Part shown: one piece after another, positions 38,099-49,860 of the stretch | How the letters are laid out: every line of letters begins with the position of its first letter | Position numbering within the stretch: position 1 is the stretch's first letter | The notes under the pieces: generated by a model | The model's database searches: none | The model's input: the letters and a program-made list of their open reading frames with translations, nothing else | What the model was told of the DNA's origin: nothing | Program-made: the position numbers and the translations under genes | Origin: Takakia lepidozioides | Taxonomy: Eukaryota > Plantae > Bryophyta | NCBI GenBank assembly: GCA_030704615.1 | Contig: CM060733.1 | Span: 58,094,001 to 58,158,000, forward strand | DNA length: 64,000 nt | Direction of reading: 5' to 3'

Positions 38099-40110
38099 TT
38101 AACAACATGATTTGGCAATGTGAAAGTTATGTATATAGGTTTGTGATCTACCTATGTAACTCCGGATATGCATTGTTGATTTGGTATATTTGTCCAAATG
38201 TGATCCCAATTGTGAATCATATATTGTAGTAGCTTGCATAAATTGAAGTGTCATGTTAGTCGTCCTCATAAATTTTAACAATTGTTTTGACATTGATGAA
38301 TTATTTTCTAGTATATTAATGATAAAATCACCCATGATAATAATGAGGAAGCAAAAACTTGGCATTTTATCAACAATTGTTTGTAAATAAGATAAAAATA
38401 TGGATATTGAAAGTGACATAGGTTTGTAAATGACAATAATATGAATAGCTCTTCTTGTATTTTTGTTGAAAGTGACCATTATATATTCAGCACCAAAAGA
38501 TGAAAAATCTCATATGATGTCAACGATATTGTTTTGTAATATGTTATATAGTAGCATTGTACCATGGCTACCATGAACAGCCACATGCGAATATTTTGTG
38601 GTATCTATAATAAATTTAAGTCAAAATTTTCAAGATTAAAATGTGTTTCATTAAAACATAAAATATGAGCTGCTTATAAGTTGCGGTTTGCAAATATATC
38701 TTCTTTATGTGATAACCATGATATAGTATTTAAATGTTGTATAAGAATATGTGATTGTATATATATATAGTCAAAGTTGGAATGATATAAATATTCTTTA
38801 GACAAAGTTGTATAACTTAAGTCATGTTTATGTACTCCTGTTGGATCAAACGCCAAATAATCTAGAGTTAAACTTTATGAACGATGTATACTTCGTGCAA
38901 CTATTAATTGAATAGGAAATTGGGTTCTCGTAATATATGTGATGTATTGGATCTTATTTGAATTTCTTTTGGAATGGGTTGAATTGGAGTCCATAACTTA
39001 TTTCTTATTGAGTTATATAAATGAATATTTTTTACACGTGTAGCAACACCAAATTTTGGATTAGTAAATTGTATCTATATATTGTTTTTATTTTATTTTA
39101 TTTTTGTAAAGGAAACCTGGGAGCGACTGCTCACAATTCAGGCCCTTGAGGAACGGGAAAAATTAACCCCCTTTCAGATAAGCCATTGGGCACAATTGTA
39201 TCTATATTAAAGGAGTTGAATTTGTTAACACTGAAGTGTGTTTAAATATACCATCCGCTTCGTTTACCAGACCATCATGTGTTGCATAGTTTCTCGCACA
39301 TAACAACTCTACTAACATTTCTTGTTTAACACAAATGGTTGTATGTAAGCCAATTGTATTGGCTACATTATCTGAAAGCTTAAAAGTGGATGGTCGACAT
39401 GTATCATTATGTTTATCATAGCTTCAAAAATGTACATATACATTCTTTAGTTTACAACTTTGTCTATTTATAGTTTCAATATCAAATTGAGTTGTCATGG
39501 TAGTTCGCAGTCTGCTCAAGATGGCAATGAATTCAACTGGCTGATTGAGGCGTTATCGATTAAGTTCGTAACATTTAATACCACCTTGCCAAAAACCACG
39601 TAGTATAGCATCGGAAGCTTCATTTTCTTCTTGAAAACCCATGAATTCACACTAGCGGCATTTGGTAGAAATCTCCAGTGATAATAAGATCAACATTATC
39701 AAAGTAAGTATTATGAATTCATTTTATTGCTCTCAATCGTTGATCAGCAAACGCAAACATCCTACTACCTACAAGAGACACATCTAATACCATAAGTTGT
39801 ACTTCATCAAAAAAATTTACTAATATGTTTAGTCATTCAAAACCTAGCAATGACAAATCTTTGCAATTAAAAGGTATATTAAGTCTTGAGTTAGATGCCC
39901 TGAGATTTTTCTTTTTTTCTTTTTTTTCTTTTTTTCTTTAAGTGGATCAGGTTGTGGATATCTATTGTAAAATATCAATAAACCTTGAATAATAAGCAAT
40001 ACAAAAATGTTATTTCAGTTCCTGCTTCCCTTGTTAGAAACAAGTGCAAATGTTATGTTTGTTTACTGTACATACAATCATCAAAAATTGCGCATTGCTC
40101 TATATTCGAA
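38099..40110 (-). mobile_element. Decayed PIF1-family helicase followed by an EEP/AP-type endonuclease (Helentron/Helitron2-like Hel-EN module)
   Basis: Degenerate Walker A LHLFLTREAGTEITF (~40005-40050); LMVLD-VSLVGSRMFAFADQRLRAIK; DLIITGDFYQMPLV; EFIAILSRLR; RNYATHDGLVN; RTQFPIQLIVARSIHRS*SLTLDYLAFD. These are followed by HLNTIS, ILCFNETH, IIVIYKP and IIMGDF (EEP motifs). Many stop codons; no Rep/HUH domain recognised. Confidence 0.78.
39081..39193 (-). mobile_element. Short 5'-truncated retroposed insertion nested in the helicase
   Basis: 14-bp direct repeat aattgtatctatat at 39067-39080 and 39194-39207 flanks 113 bp that begin with a T-rich (minus-strand A-rich) tail. Confidence 0.7.
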
Positions 40111-40608
40111 TTTTTCGTAGTTGTGCATAAAATTATGTCGTTGAAACAATATTATCAGGCGGAGAAAAAAAATATGCATCAAGTAGTGTCGATAAACCGA
40201 TTTCAGGTGGAATTCAATAGCTATATCATCTGATTATATCCAGTACTATTTACTAATGATTTTGAAATAAATTATGCATCAACATCAACATCAAGAAAGT
40301 TATTTATCCATATATTAGTATCATTGATTATGACTAATTTATGAGCATTTGTTTCTAACATACTCCAAGATGATGTATTAGTATCATTTTGCTGATGTTG
40401 ATTCTTTCCCCATTCATGATTCATTCATTTGGGGAATTGAAGTTTTCTCTATGCACTTGAGTCTCAATAGGAGAGATGATTGAATAAAAGTGTCACTGTT
40501 CCGTTTGTATGCTTTTGTATTGAGAGAACATCAATAGTGCAGCAACACTACTATGAGGTTGAAACTTGTATGTGAATTTATTGAGCGTTCTGCCACGAGG
40601 GCGTTAGC

Positions 40609-41587
40609 TTGCAGCTTCCGGGACCAAGGACTGCAGACAAGACTCAGATCAAGTTGTCTTTTTGGACATATTGGCGGAAGACCACATTGTGTCCTACAAT
40701 ATTAGTAGAAGTTATGGGATCAAACATTTGCTTTCCCACCGCTACAATGCAAAAAAGAAAGAAAGACGATGAAATCCTTTATTTATTTGTGGTTCTAGAA
40801 CCGGTTACTGTTTACCTCCCTCTTGCCATACTACCAAGTAGTGCACTAATGACGGAGTTGGCAAGGGCCCTTGGCTCATTCAAGTTAGGTGTACAAGACC
40901 TCCGGAAATTTTATGCAGATTGGTGGTGCAAACAAGACATTATAACATCAATGATGATCACCCATAAGAAAAACACCGACAAGAAGAGTGTGCGAAATAT
41001 TTTTGAGAGAGACACTGTTTCCTACCCATATCATGGAGATGATCGTTGGACATACACTAATACAATAGGGAAAAAAAAGTTTACCATGTTGTAACCAAGG
41101 AGAATGTGAAGGTCGTTGTCAAGTTTTGCACGACCTATTGCGTGGAGGGACACCAAAAGCTTGACAGACAATGCATGCTCCACGTTTGCGTAACATCTTT
41201 CCCTTTATCAAATTTGAGGATAATGTGATTCTTTGGAAAGTTATTGTGATGGATGAGGTGGATGAGACCTGCCTCAAAAAGCTTGACGGTCACAAATTGA
41301 AGTAAGCGGTCAACCTTCTCGCGGAGGCTATAAGGGAAATGCATGTTGCCGGGTTTGTGCATGGTGACCTACGGAAACTGAATGTTATTGCAACTGATGA
41401 GAATGGCCGCATAACCGGGGTTCGGATTTTAGACTGGGAATGGACAAGCAAAACAAGAGAACAACGTTATCCACTCTTTATGAACACCACTATACCATGG
41501 CCTCCTGAAGCTTCAATTGGCTCATATATAGAAGAGGAGCATGACCTATATTGGGTTGAGACGATGCTACAGAACGTGGATGATTAG
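40609..41587 (+). pseudogene. Intronless protein kinase-like pseudogene of a fungal/oomycete-type family
   Basis: Joined across two frameshifts and a stop: ELARALGSFKLGVQDLRKFY...KVVVKFCTTYCVEGHQKL / HAPRL...WKVIVMDE...EMHVAGFVHGDLRKLNVI...VRILDWEWT...RYPLFMNTTIPWP...IEEEHDLYW. Confidence 0.72.
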
Positions 41588-43944
41588 AATTTCCACAATT
41601 CATGACATGGGCCGCGATGTGTAGTCATGCGATCTGTGAGGCTGGAATGTCTTTGAGACTAGGTGTGCAAAACGCCACCGGAAGAAGCAAGTCAAGTTCC
41701 GTGGCATTCTCAAGGGATGTATTCTTCCCAAGAGAATTCAACTTTTCTAAAGATTCAAGAGCGAGAAAGAAAAGATTTTAGCTGAAGCCCAATGGAAGAG
41801 TGGATAGTTTGGTAAAGCTTTTAATGCTGGCAGGCTCCAAATTGTTCGTTCGTATGTGTTAGTCATATTCTGATATTGCAGATGCTTGGACTGTGCTCTG
41901 CCCCTTCATTCAATGCTGAGCTTACATCCCAAGCCGGTGGCACACAGATATTTATCTCGATCTTCATTTTTTATGAATAGATGAAAAAATAAAGGTTATT
42001 CTCGATAATAATTTACGGAGTCTCGATGTTCATTGCAGTGCACTATCTGTTGTCTAAGGATATAAGATTTTTGCCGAGGCTTTATACTGTGCTACATATT
42101 CAATGATACTTTAAATGATTTAATATAGTTGGACGATCTATATATTTATCAATAGCCCCAATGGACCGTGGTGAGCCCCAAGACTCCCCACGACTCCCTA
42201 AGCTATCAGATGAATACTTAGTATCTGTAGATTCAGGAGGGAGATGTCGCAAATCTTTGTCAGATTTTAACATAAATGCACATTCTTGAGACGATGATAT
42301 GTTTATAAATGTGAAAATTTTGGATATATGAAGTAGTGATATAGATAATACAATGTATGCAGCTAATTGAGCTTACATTTATTGCACATTCTAGAACACA
42401 TTTATCATCCTACAAATTCTAATATTTATATCAACTTATTTTGGTTTATTTTTTCTATTATTGTACGAAATTCATTGGAAACAGTTTTATCTATCTTAAT
42501 TAAATAAGATGTACAATAACTTGCTACGATGGAGCAGGGCAGTTGCATGAGAATTGATGTTGGATCAGCTGAGGTATTTCGTGGACATAGCTTTATTGAG
42601 GAGCATTGCTTTGTTGAGGAGCATTGCTTTGTTGAGGAGCTTGCAATGTATAGACTGTGGGTTGTGTGGGGATTTAGTGCTGGCTCATGTGGGCTGTTTT
42701 CTTAGTGTTCGTTATTTCGCAATTCTGGATAGCAATGAGAATTTGTCACATTCCAGAAAGGTACCCACTGTGTGCTGGATGACGTTTGTAATTGGTGCTC
42801 AATCTGCCTCAGTCGCACAATTTGCAGGTGCCATTTAATGAGGGCTAAGGTGTGTCTTGTTGTAATTGGTATGTGTTTATAGGGCAATGTGGACTCCTGA
42901 AAGCGGTTATATAACCGCCTGTGTATAGGTTGAGTGGAGTGTGTGGTTCTTAGAAGGGTTACAATGTTACTTGCTTGCGTGTTTTGGGTTTTAAACATAT
43001 TGCTGAATATGGCGTTTGGCCGCAGGTCCTTCAGTGCTGCGTCTGCATACAGTGGCTGCCACTTATATAGGTGGGGTTGTGTATAGTTGGCCAGGTGTTC
43101 ATAGTAATTTTTTGTTTGTGTAGCATTTGGGGGTTAAGGTGGTGTGTGTAGGGTAGGGGAGGTGGTCAAGCATCGAGGGAACTAGTGCTGGGGCTGTGTG
43201 CTGGGGCTGTGTGCTGGGGGTAGTTGTTATAGTCAATTCTTCCTTAATTTTTTCAGAGGTCCGTGAATGTATCTAGTCTGTTTTATGGGGAGAAAGCTTT
43301 GGCATTGAAGTAACCAGCATGTATAGTGATAGGAAGACCTTGGAGCAATCGGTGTTATTACATCATGATGCAGTAGTAGACAAGTAAAATTCAGCAGGTG
43401 ATCAGCAGGCTGGTTGTTGTGGAGCCATCCAGTGAGGGAGGGTAGCCTAAATATGAGATAGTGGTTGTAATTGGCCGGAAAGATAGTCCTTCCAAATTGC
43501 TCAAGTAGCCACTTTTTGATTTTTGTAGGTGGGTGATAAGCAATAAGGACGTGTAGTCAATGATAGTGAAAGACGTGCCATGAAACAAAATGAAATGAAA
43601 ATGAATGAAATGAAACAAAATGGTACTTTATTACATCTGCGGAAAGCTCAAAGAGCTTATGGGACAAAATGAAAAACACAAAGTAAAAAAGCAGCCCAAA
43701 AGCTATTGTTGCTCTGGGGATTGCCTAAGGGTCAAGGCCTCGCGCAAGTAAGCTGCCAAGCAGTTCTGATCCTCATAATGCAAGATTTCAGTGAGTTCCA
43801 CGGAATAGACCATCTACCCATGGAGGTTTCTTGTAGTTATTGATCCACAGGGAATCATAGGTAATCTTGTGCTTGAAATTTGGCCCTCTAGGATGAATCT
43901 GGACCACACTCTATCCATGCCCCTGCACAAATCATGCATTCATC

Positions 43945-45300
43945 CTTGCCTTGCTGCTAGTAGCTGACAATGACAACCTACATTTGTTTTAGGAAACACC
44001 CAACTCAGCTTATCACACTAATTCTTATGCTCAATTGCGTCTGCTACTCTCTGAAATGTAGCAGGCATTCACCTTTTTGCCTCGGTTGTCCCATCATTGA
44101 CTGGGGGCAAAAAAATATTCATTCCACAGCTTCTCCTCATGTTTGTTACTTGTTTTTTGATACTTTCTTGTTGTCACATAGCAGTATCATGTCAAAGTCA
44201 CTCCAAACTAGATTCACTCAACCAGCTAACTTGCAGAATTCAACATGGAAATTTTGGGCCGATTCTGATAAAAGGGAAAAACAGGGTGAAATGTGCTGAA
44301 GAAGATGCCTTCATTAACAATGTCGGATTTTATCAATTGTGCCGTTGCTGCCAGTTGACCATCTACCCATGCAGGTTTCTTGTATCTTCATAGTTAATCT
44401 GGAGCTTGAAGTCCGACCCTCTTGGGTGAATGTGCACCCACACTCTATCCTTGCTCCTTCAGCTCTCCATGCCTCGCACGAATCATGCATAGTGAGCTGA
44501 GGAGCCAAGCTGCTTCAAGCCATCTGTACACTACTAAGGGCATCTGAGGGCATGTGTATGGCAAGGACCCAAGTGAGAGAAGTCTGGTGGGGGTAGCATC
44601 TTGGGGGATGGCAGTTAGGGCAAAGTGTGTCTAGGGAAATATATGTCATAGCAGCGGGTGATGTGCTACCAATCTTGAGGATAGAGACAGCCTGTAAGCT
44701 GTAGATTTGTATCAGTGGTTTCTTCTGACACATATTGTTCCCAGTTTGCCACAACCAGTTTTGTTTGCGTTTGTAGTGCATGTGCGAGCCTGCTGGGGAA
44801 GGGCAAAGAGGTCCATGGTTGCATCGTCAAAGCTGGAATTGTGGCAGATGTCATTCTGAACAATACCCTTATGGACAGGGAGTGTTCAACAATATGGCTA
44901 AGCGAAGGTTAGAGTGTAATGACTGCTAATGAAGGCACCTTCTTCAATTTCACCTTGTTTTCCCCTCTTATCATAATCGCCCCTAATTATTCATGTCTGA
45001 ATTCTGCAAGTTAGCTGGTTGAGTGAAGCTTTGATAGTTTGGAGTGACTTTGATATGATTCTGCCAATGTGACAACAAGAAAGTATCAGAAACAGGTAAC
45101 ACATACGAGGAGAAGTTGTGGAATGAATACTTTTCTGACCCTAGTCAATGGTGGGACAATCGAGGCAAGAAGGTGAATGTTTGTTGGATTATAGAGAGTA
45201 GCAGATACAATTGAGCGTAGGAACTAGTGTGATAAGTTGAGTTGGGTGCTTCCTAGAACAAGTCTAGACTGTCATCGTCAACTGCTAGCAATAAGGCAAG
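43945..45300. repeat. Long inverted repeat: arms ~43945-44318 and ~44925-45300, with a ~600-bp spacer containing PPR-derived sequence
   Basis: For example gatactttcttgttgtcacat and ttcactcaaccagctaacttgcagaattca in the left arm match reverse complements in the right arm; most mismatches are transitions. Confidence 0.88.
44758..44908 (+). pseudogene. PLS-PPR fragment (L motif)
   Basis: FVCVCSACASLLGKGKEVHGCIVKAGIVADVILNNTL; near-identical inverted copies at 46700-46840 and 46930-47120. Confidence 0.7.
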
Positions 45301-46599
45301 AAAATGAGGGAGAAGGAGGAGACTTCCCTGCCAAGAAAGTCAATGAGGGGCCTGCAGTGGCATGCAAGGAAAGGGACACCGTAAGTGTTGCCAACAGATG
45401 CAAATCAGTGCTCATTCATTCAAAAGCACCACGGGAGATGAAGGAAAAGACACCTGCAGGGACATTGAAGCATAAAAGAGGAGAACACTTCACTTGGGAA
45501 GAAAGTGAAGCATTGGAGAACGAGGCTGATGACTGGTAGTCTGAAAAGGAAAGGCGATTGTGGGAAACCCTGCCAAGACAACCATATGGAGAGAATCAAG
45601 CAGGTGGGAACTGCCCTTCATTGGGGTGGTGCAAACAAGAACAAGACTAGAAGCTGAACCACATGAGAAGATAGTGTGTCATCACAGATGGAGCCCCTGG
45701 AAAATGCTCTGCCCAGGAGATGAAGAACATTAGGCAACTAGAAATGTGAGGGGCTGAATATGCTCTACAGTCAACTTGGCTTATTGAGTGCTTGTATAAG
45801 AGATGAGGGGTTGCTGTCAGTACACGGCATTGAGTTCATCAAATCCTACAACAGCCCACCATCGCTGCTCACTGCTTACAAACTGCCACAAAAACAGTTT
45901 CACAGGACTTATAGATGATTGGTGGAAGTCAAGGCCCCTCGCCATGGGCCAGATTAATTGTATGTTGCAGCCCAGAACAATGACAGGAAGTCATCTAGTG
46001 CAGCAAATCCCATCTTGGCAGCGTCTTTTGTGTGAGAGAAGTCAAGCTGATCCTGCTCATCATATCGAGTGGGATGGACCGGATGTAAAGCTGCCAAGCC
46101 AACCACACTCATATTTGCACTCAAGCAACATAAGCTAGAGCCATTTTCAGATTATGAGTACCCGTGTTTTAAGAATACTCCTTCCTCAACTTGCGGTGAA
46201 TGGGCAGAAAACTTCACAATGTGCAGCAGATTAATGGACCAAGATGCGGAGCTGAATTGGGTTCCCAGTTGGGCGATGCTGGTTTCAAAACCCCGTTCCA
46301 TCATTGCGTTTCGAAGATCTGGCTTGAATGGGCACACTTCGGGAGTGGAAGGTTCACGGAGTAATGAGTTTGGGCTGATATGCATGCTGACATGCCATGC
46401 CGGTGCAAAGAACAGCGTTCTGAGTGGTGATTGTGATCTCAAAATCTGCCCCTGCATTCAAGTTGATTTCTCTCTCGAGCAGAGCCGCCTTGTGGATGTT
46501 CCAGCCAGTGTCCAAACAGCTCAAGTGCAAGACAACAACATCAGCAAGGCATGGTTAGCTAAGCAAGGTCATGGTGGAGAGGCATTTGAACTCTCTGAA

Positions 46600-47400
46600 C
46601 GTAATGTGGTCGGACTTCACCCCCTCCCACGTCAACTGCTCATAGGTCTCCAAAACCTGCAATCCCCGCCCCTGTTGTGCATGTCCTGCGATCATCACTG
46701 CGAAGGGTATTCATGTTCAGAATGACATCTACCACAATTCCAGCTTTGACGATGCAACCATGGACCTCTTTGCCCTTCTCCAACAGGCTCACACATGCAC
46801 TACAAACACAAACAAACGTAATGTGCTCGGGCTTCACCCCCTAGACCCATATCATTTGCTCATAGGTCTCCAAAACCTGCAATCCCCGCCCATGTTGTGC
46901 ATGTCCTGCGATCATCACGTTCCACCACACCACATTTCGCTTAGCCATATTGTTGAACACTCCTTGTCCACAAGGGAATGCTCCCACGTTTGGCATACAT
47001 GTCGACGAGGTATTGTTACATCTGGTACAGTTCCAGCTTTGACGATGTCACAATGGACCTCTTTGCCCTTTACCAAGTCTCCAGGGTTGCCAGGTTTGCA
47101 CATGCATTGCAAACACAAATGAACGTGACCCGGTCAGGCTGCACCCTTTCTCGCAACATTTGCTCATATGTCTCCAATGCCCTCATCCCGCACACATGCT
47201 GGCCATATCTTGCGAGATTCAGCGTGTTCTTTGAGACAACATCTCGTTCAGCCATGTTATCAAACTCTCCCTTCGCAACTTCATAGGTCTCCAAAGCCTC
47301 CATCCCACGTCCCTGCTGTGCATACCCTGGAAGCATCGCACTCCACGACACTACATCTCGGCAAAACAGGCTGAAATAGCTCGAAGAAGAAGGTGCCCTC
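46600..47400 (-). pseudogene. Scrambled PLS-PPR fragments with internal duplications
   Basis: RDVVSWSAMLPGYAQQGRGMEALETYE, FDNMAERDVVS, ALETYEQMLRERVQPDRVTFICVCNACANL, KGKEVHCDIVKAG and KPEHITFVCVCSAC. A ~100-bp direct repeat lies at 46598-46698 and 46815-46918. Confidence 0.8.
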
Positions 47401-49860
47401 ACCACATTGTCCTCTACCTTGTGTCATGACCCATTGCGGATTAGACTGACCATGAACCCAAGAAGACCTCTTGTGCGTGCTGCTTGTATCTGTAGTCAAG
47501 TAATGTGGGATTGGTTCGTAAGAACCACCACAGTGCAACTGAGCGGGCAGAGATTAAAATATGGGCTGCTAAGACCAAGCTGATTCCCCCAAGAACCTTG
47601 TGATCATCAGGAAGAATACCAAATCATGTAGGGGAGCCAAGAGCCCACATTTGCACATAATGCGCCCTTGACGCCATAAATGCTTGCAACAACAGGACAT
47701 GGGCCTCGATTTGGTCTTCGTCATTCTCGCATCACTTGCTCGTCTCTCTCTCAAGCCTCCATCCCTCTCCCAACACTTAGACAAATTCAGGCAAAGGACA
47801 AAGTTACTCTTCCACCCTTAGATCATTTTACATCTGACGATTAGAACAATCTCTACGAGCCACACAAGCCCTAAAATACATTAAAATACTCCACGTCATG
47901 AGCCATGTGGAACACTTATAAAAATTCCATTTTTGAAAAGGGTGTGCAATGAATGCCTAGTTGTTAAGAGTCGTTCTCTAGTGCTTAAAACCACTTGTAA
48001 TTGCTGTTTTAAAAAAAAAACAATTTAAGTAATTGAATTAAATTGCCGTGAATATTGCGCCGACTGCGGAGTCATTGATGCAACTTCTATCCGCCATTAG
48101 AAATGCGAATTTATCCGTTACGACTGTGCAGTAGTAACAAACATCTCAAAGTTGTTCCCTCAGTGGTTTTGGACATGCAGTCGATTCGGAAAAGACACGA
48201 ATGCTTCTAGTGGTGGGTACTGTCCCCATTCAAGTGTCTAAGATTTGGCCTTGGAGGTTAGTTTGTTGAATAGTCTGTTAGTTGCCAAGTCAGCCAGTAC
48301 TTCAAACCTATCTAGCCAGACGCTGTCTTCTGCTGAGAACTCAGAGATTCCAATCCATTGTGCTTGATTTACTATCGTTGGTTGCCCTGAGTCGACAATA
48401 TGATGAAGTATGCTCTCTTTGTCTTCTAGCACTTGGTCTTGGAAAAGATATAGTCCTGGTGGGTAGTTAGGAATTGTATCAGAAGATTGGGGACCAGTAT
48501 CTGATGATGGTGCATGTCGTGCACAGAACGCGTTAAAAACTCTTTCTTCCTCAATTGAGTAGCCTGCTGGGTATTCCTTGCTTGTATTATTGTCTTCAGA
48601 TCCGCCGTGAAGCGAGTCTTGTTCTTGGTTGTTGTGATGTGCTGTTGGAATTGCAATCGCTGCGCCTATGCCATCTGGGTGCATGAAGACTCTAGTTGTG
48701 TTAGCGTTCCTGCCATATGGATGTTGTGCGTTGTTTCGTATCGTAGCTCATAGCGGCGCGTTGATATGCAAATTTCATGTAGAGTTGCTGCTGACCGTTC
48801 TGACGTGACTATCCAAGTCAATGGAGATAGTGAATGTTGGAGTTCCTGCCATAGCAATCCTGTTCGTGTATGACCAACAAGCAAAGGGGGGTGTGAAGCC
48901 GAGACAAAGATGTGTTGAGCATCGCCGCCATAGTTGGATACGTGAGCGGGTAGCATGTTTCGGAATAGCCGAGTCACATAGACGTAGAAGTAGCAATATT
49001 TAGAGACGACCTAAAAGTTAGTTTTTTTTTTCTGGGATGTAGCAGAGATATGTTGACTCGGGGAAATGCGGCTAAGTCATAAGAGAATTTTAGGTCAACA
49101 GCAGGAGCTCAGCTTCCACCTCTCAAGTCTATCATGTAAAGGGCCCAATATCGGGTGAGCATAGCGTGAGGAAATCCCACGCCTATAGGGTAACATGTTT
49201 ATCATGTATAGGGGTTACTTGTTTCTTAAGTGTTGTTGTGAGGGCCTATGTGGAGTTAAAAATAGTTTCGCAAGTTTTTAGTTTCTCAATTTTCGTTTCG
49301 CTGAAGAATATTTGGAATGCATCTTAGGAATATGCGGTATATTCGTTTGTGCTCACTTGAGCATGCTCACTCCCTGCCCAACCTCAAAAAAACCCAAACT
49401 AGACCCGGCGGACCGTTCCTTAAACAAGTGGGGCTAGTCCAAGCAGCAAATGGCTCCTCCTTATGAATGGTGGAACTACATTTGTATTAACCCCTAATGG
49501 ATGACGCAACCCGTTTCGGGTTGCGTCAGAAATCATGGCAAATCATTGGATGACCTTGGATGAAAAAACTTGATGAATGAAAGTTGTGCGCAATGACGTC
49601 ATGCACCTGCCCGTCTTTATGGCACCCTAAAATAATGAAAGCACTTCAGTCAATAATTTTTTTAGTGTGCAGGGGTAGCCAATTCAGGGCCCTCCAACAG
49701 CTTTGACCTACCGACATGGCAGGATATGGTTGGCTGTACCAATGAAAATTCATTTTGCATGTAGATAGGTTAGAAAATTCATCTATGCATAGGTTCTTGA
49801 AGTAGGTAGGATTACTTTCATATGGTTCATCCCCCCCCCCCCCATGTTTGTCAAATGGCT

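Noticed and set aside
42560-43560. Possible LINE RT remnant (YAD-like and YLG.P words, 21-bp triple repeat at ~42587-42640)
   Set aside because: The motifs are too short and degenerate to support a call.
46069-46725. 218-aa plus-strand ORF
   Set aside because: No family motif, and its 3' part is antisense to PPR fragments.
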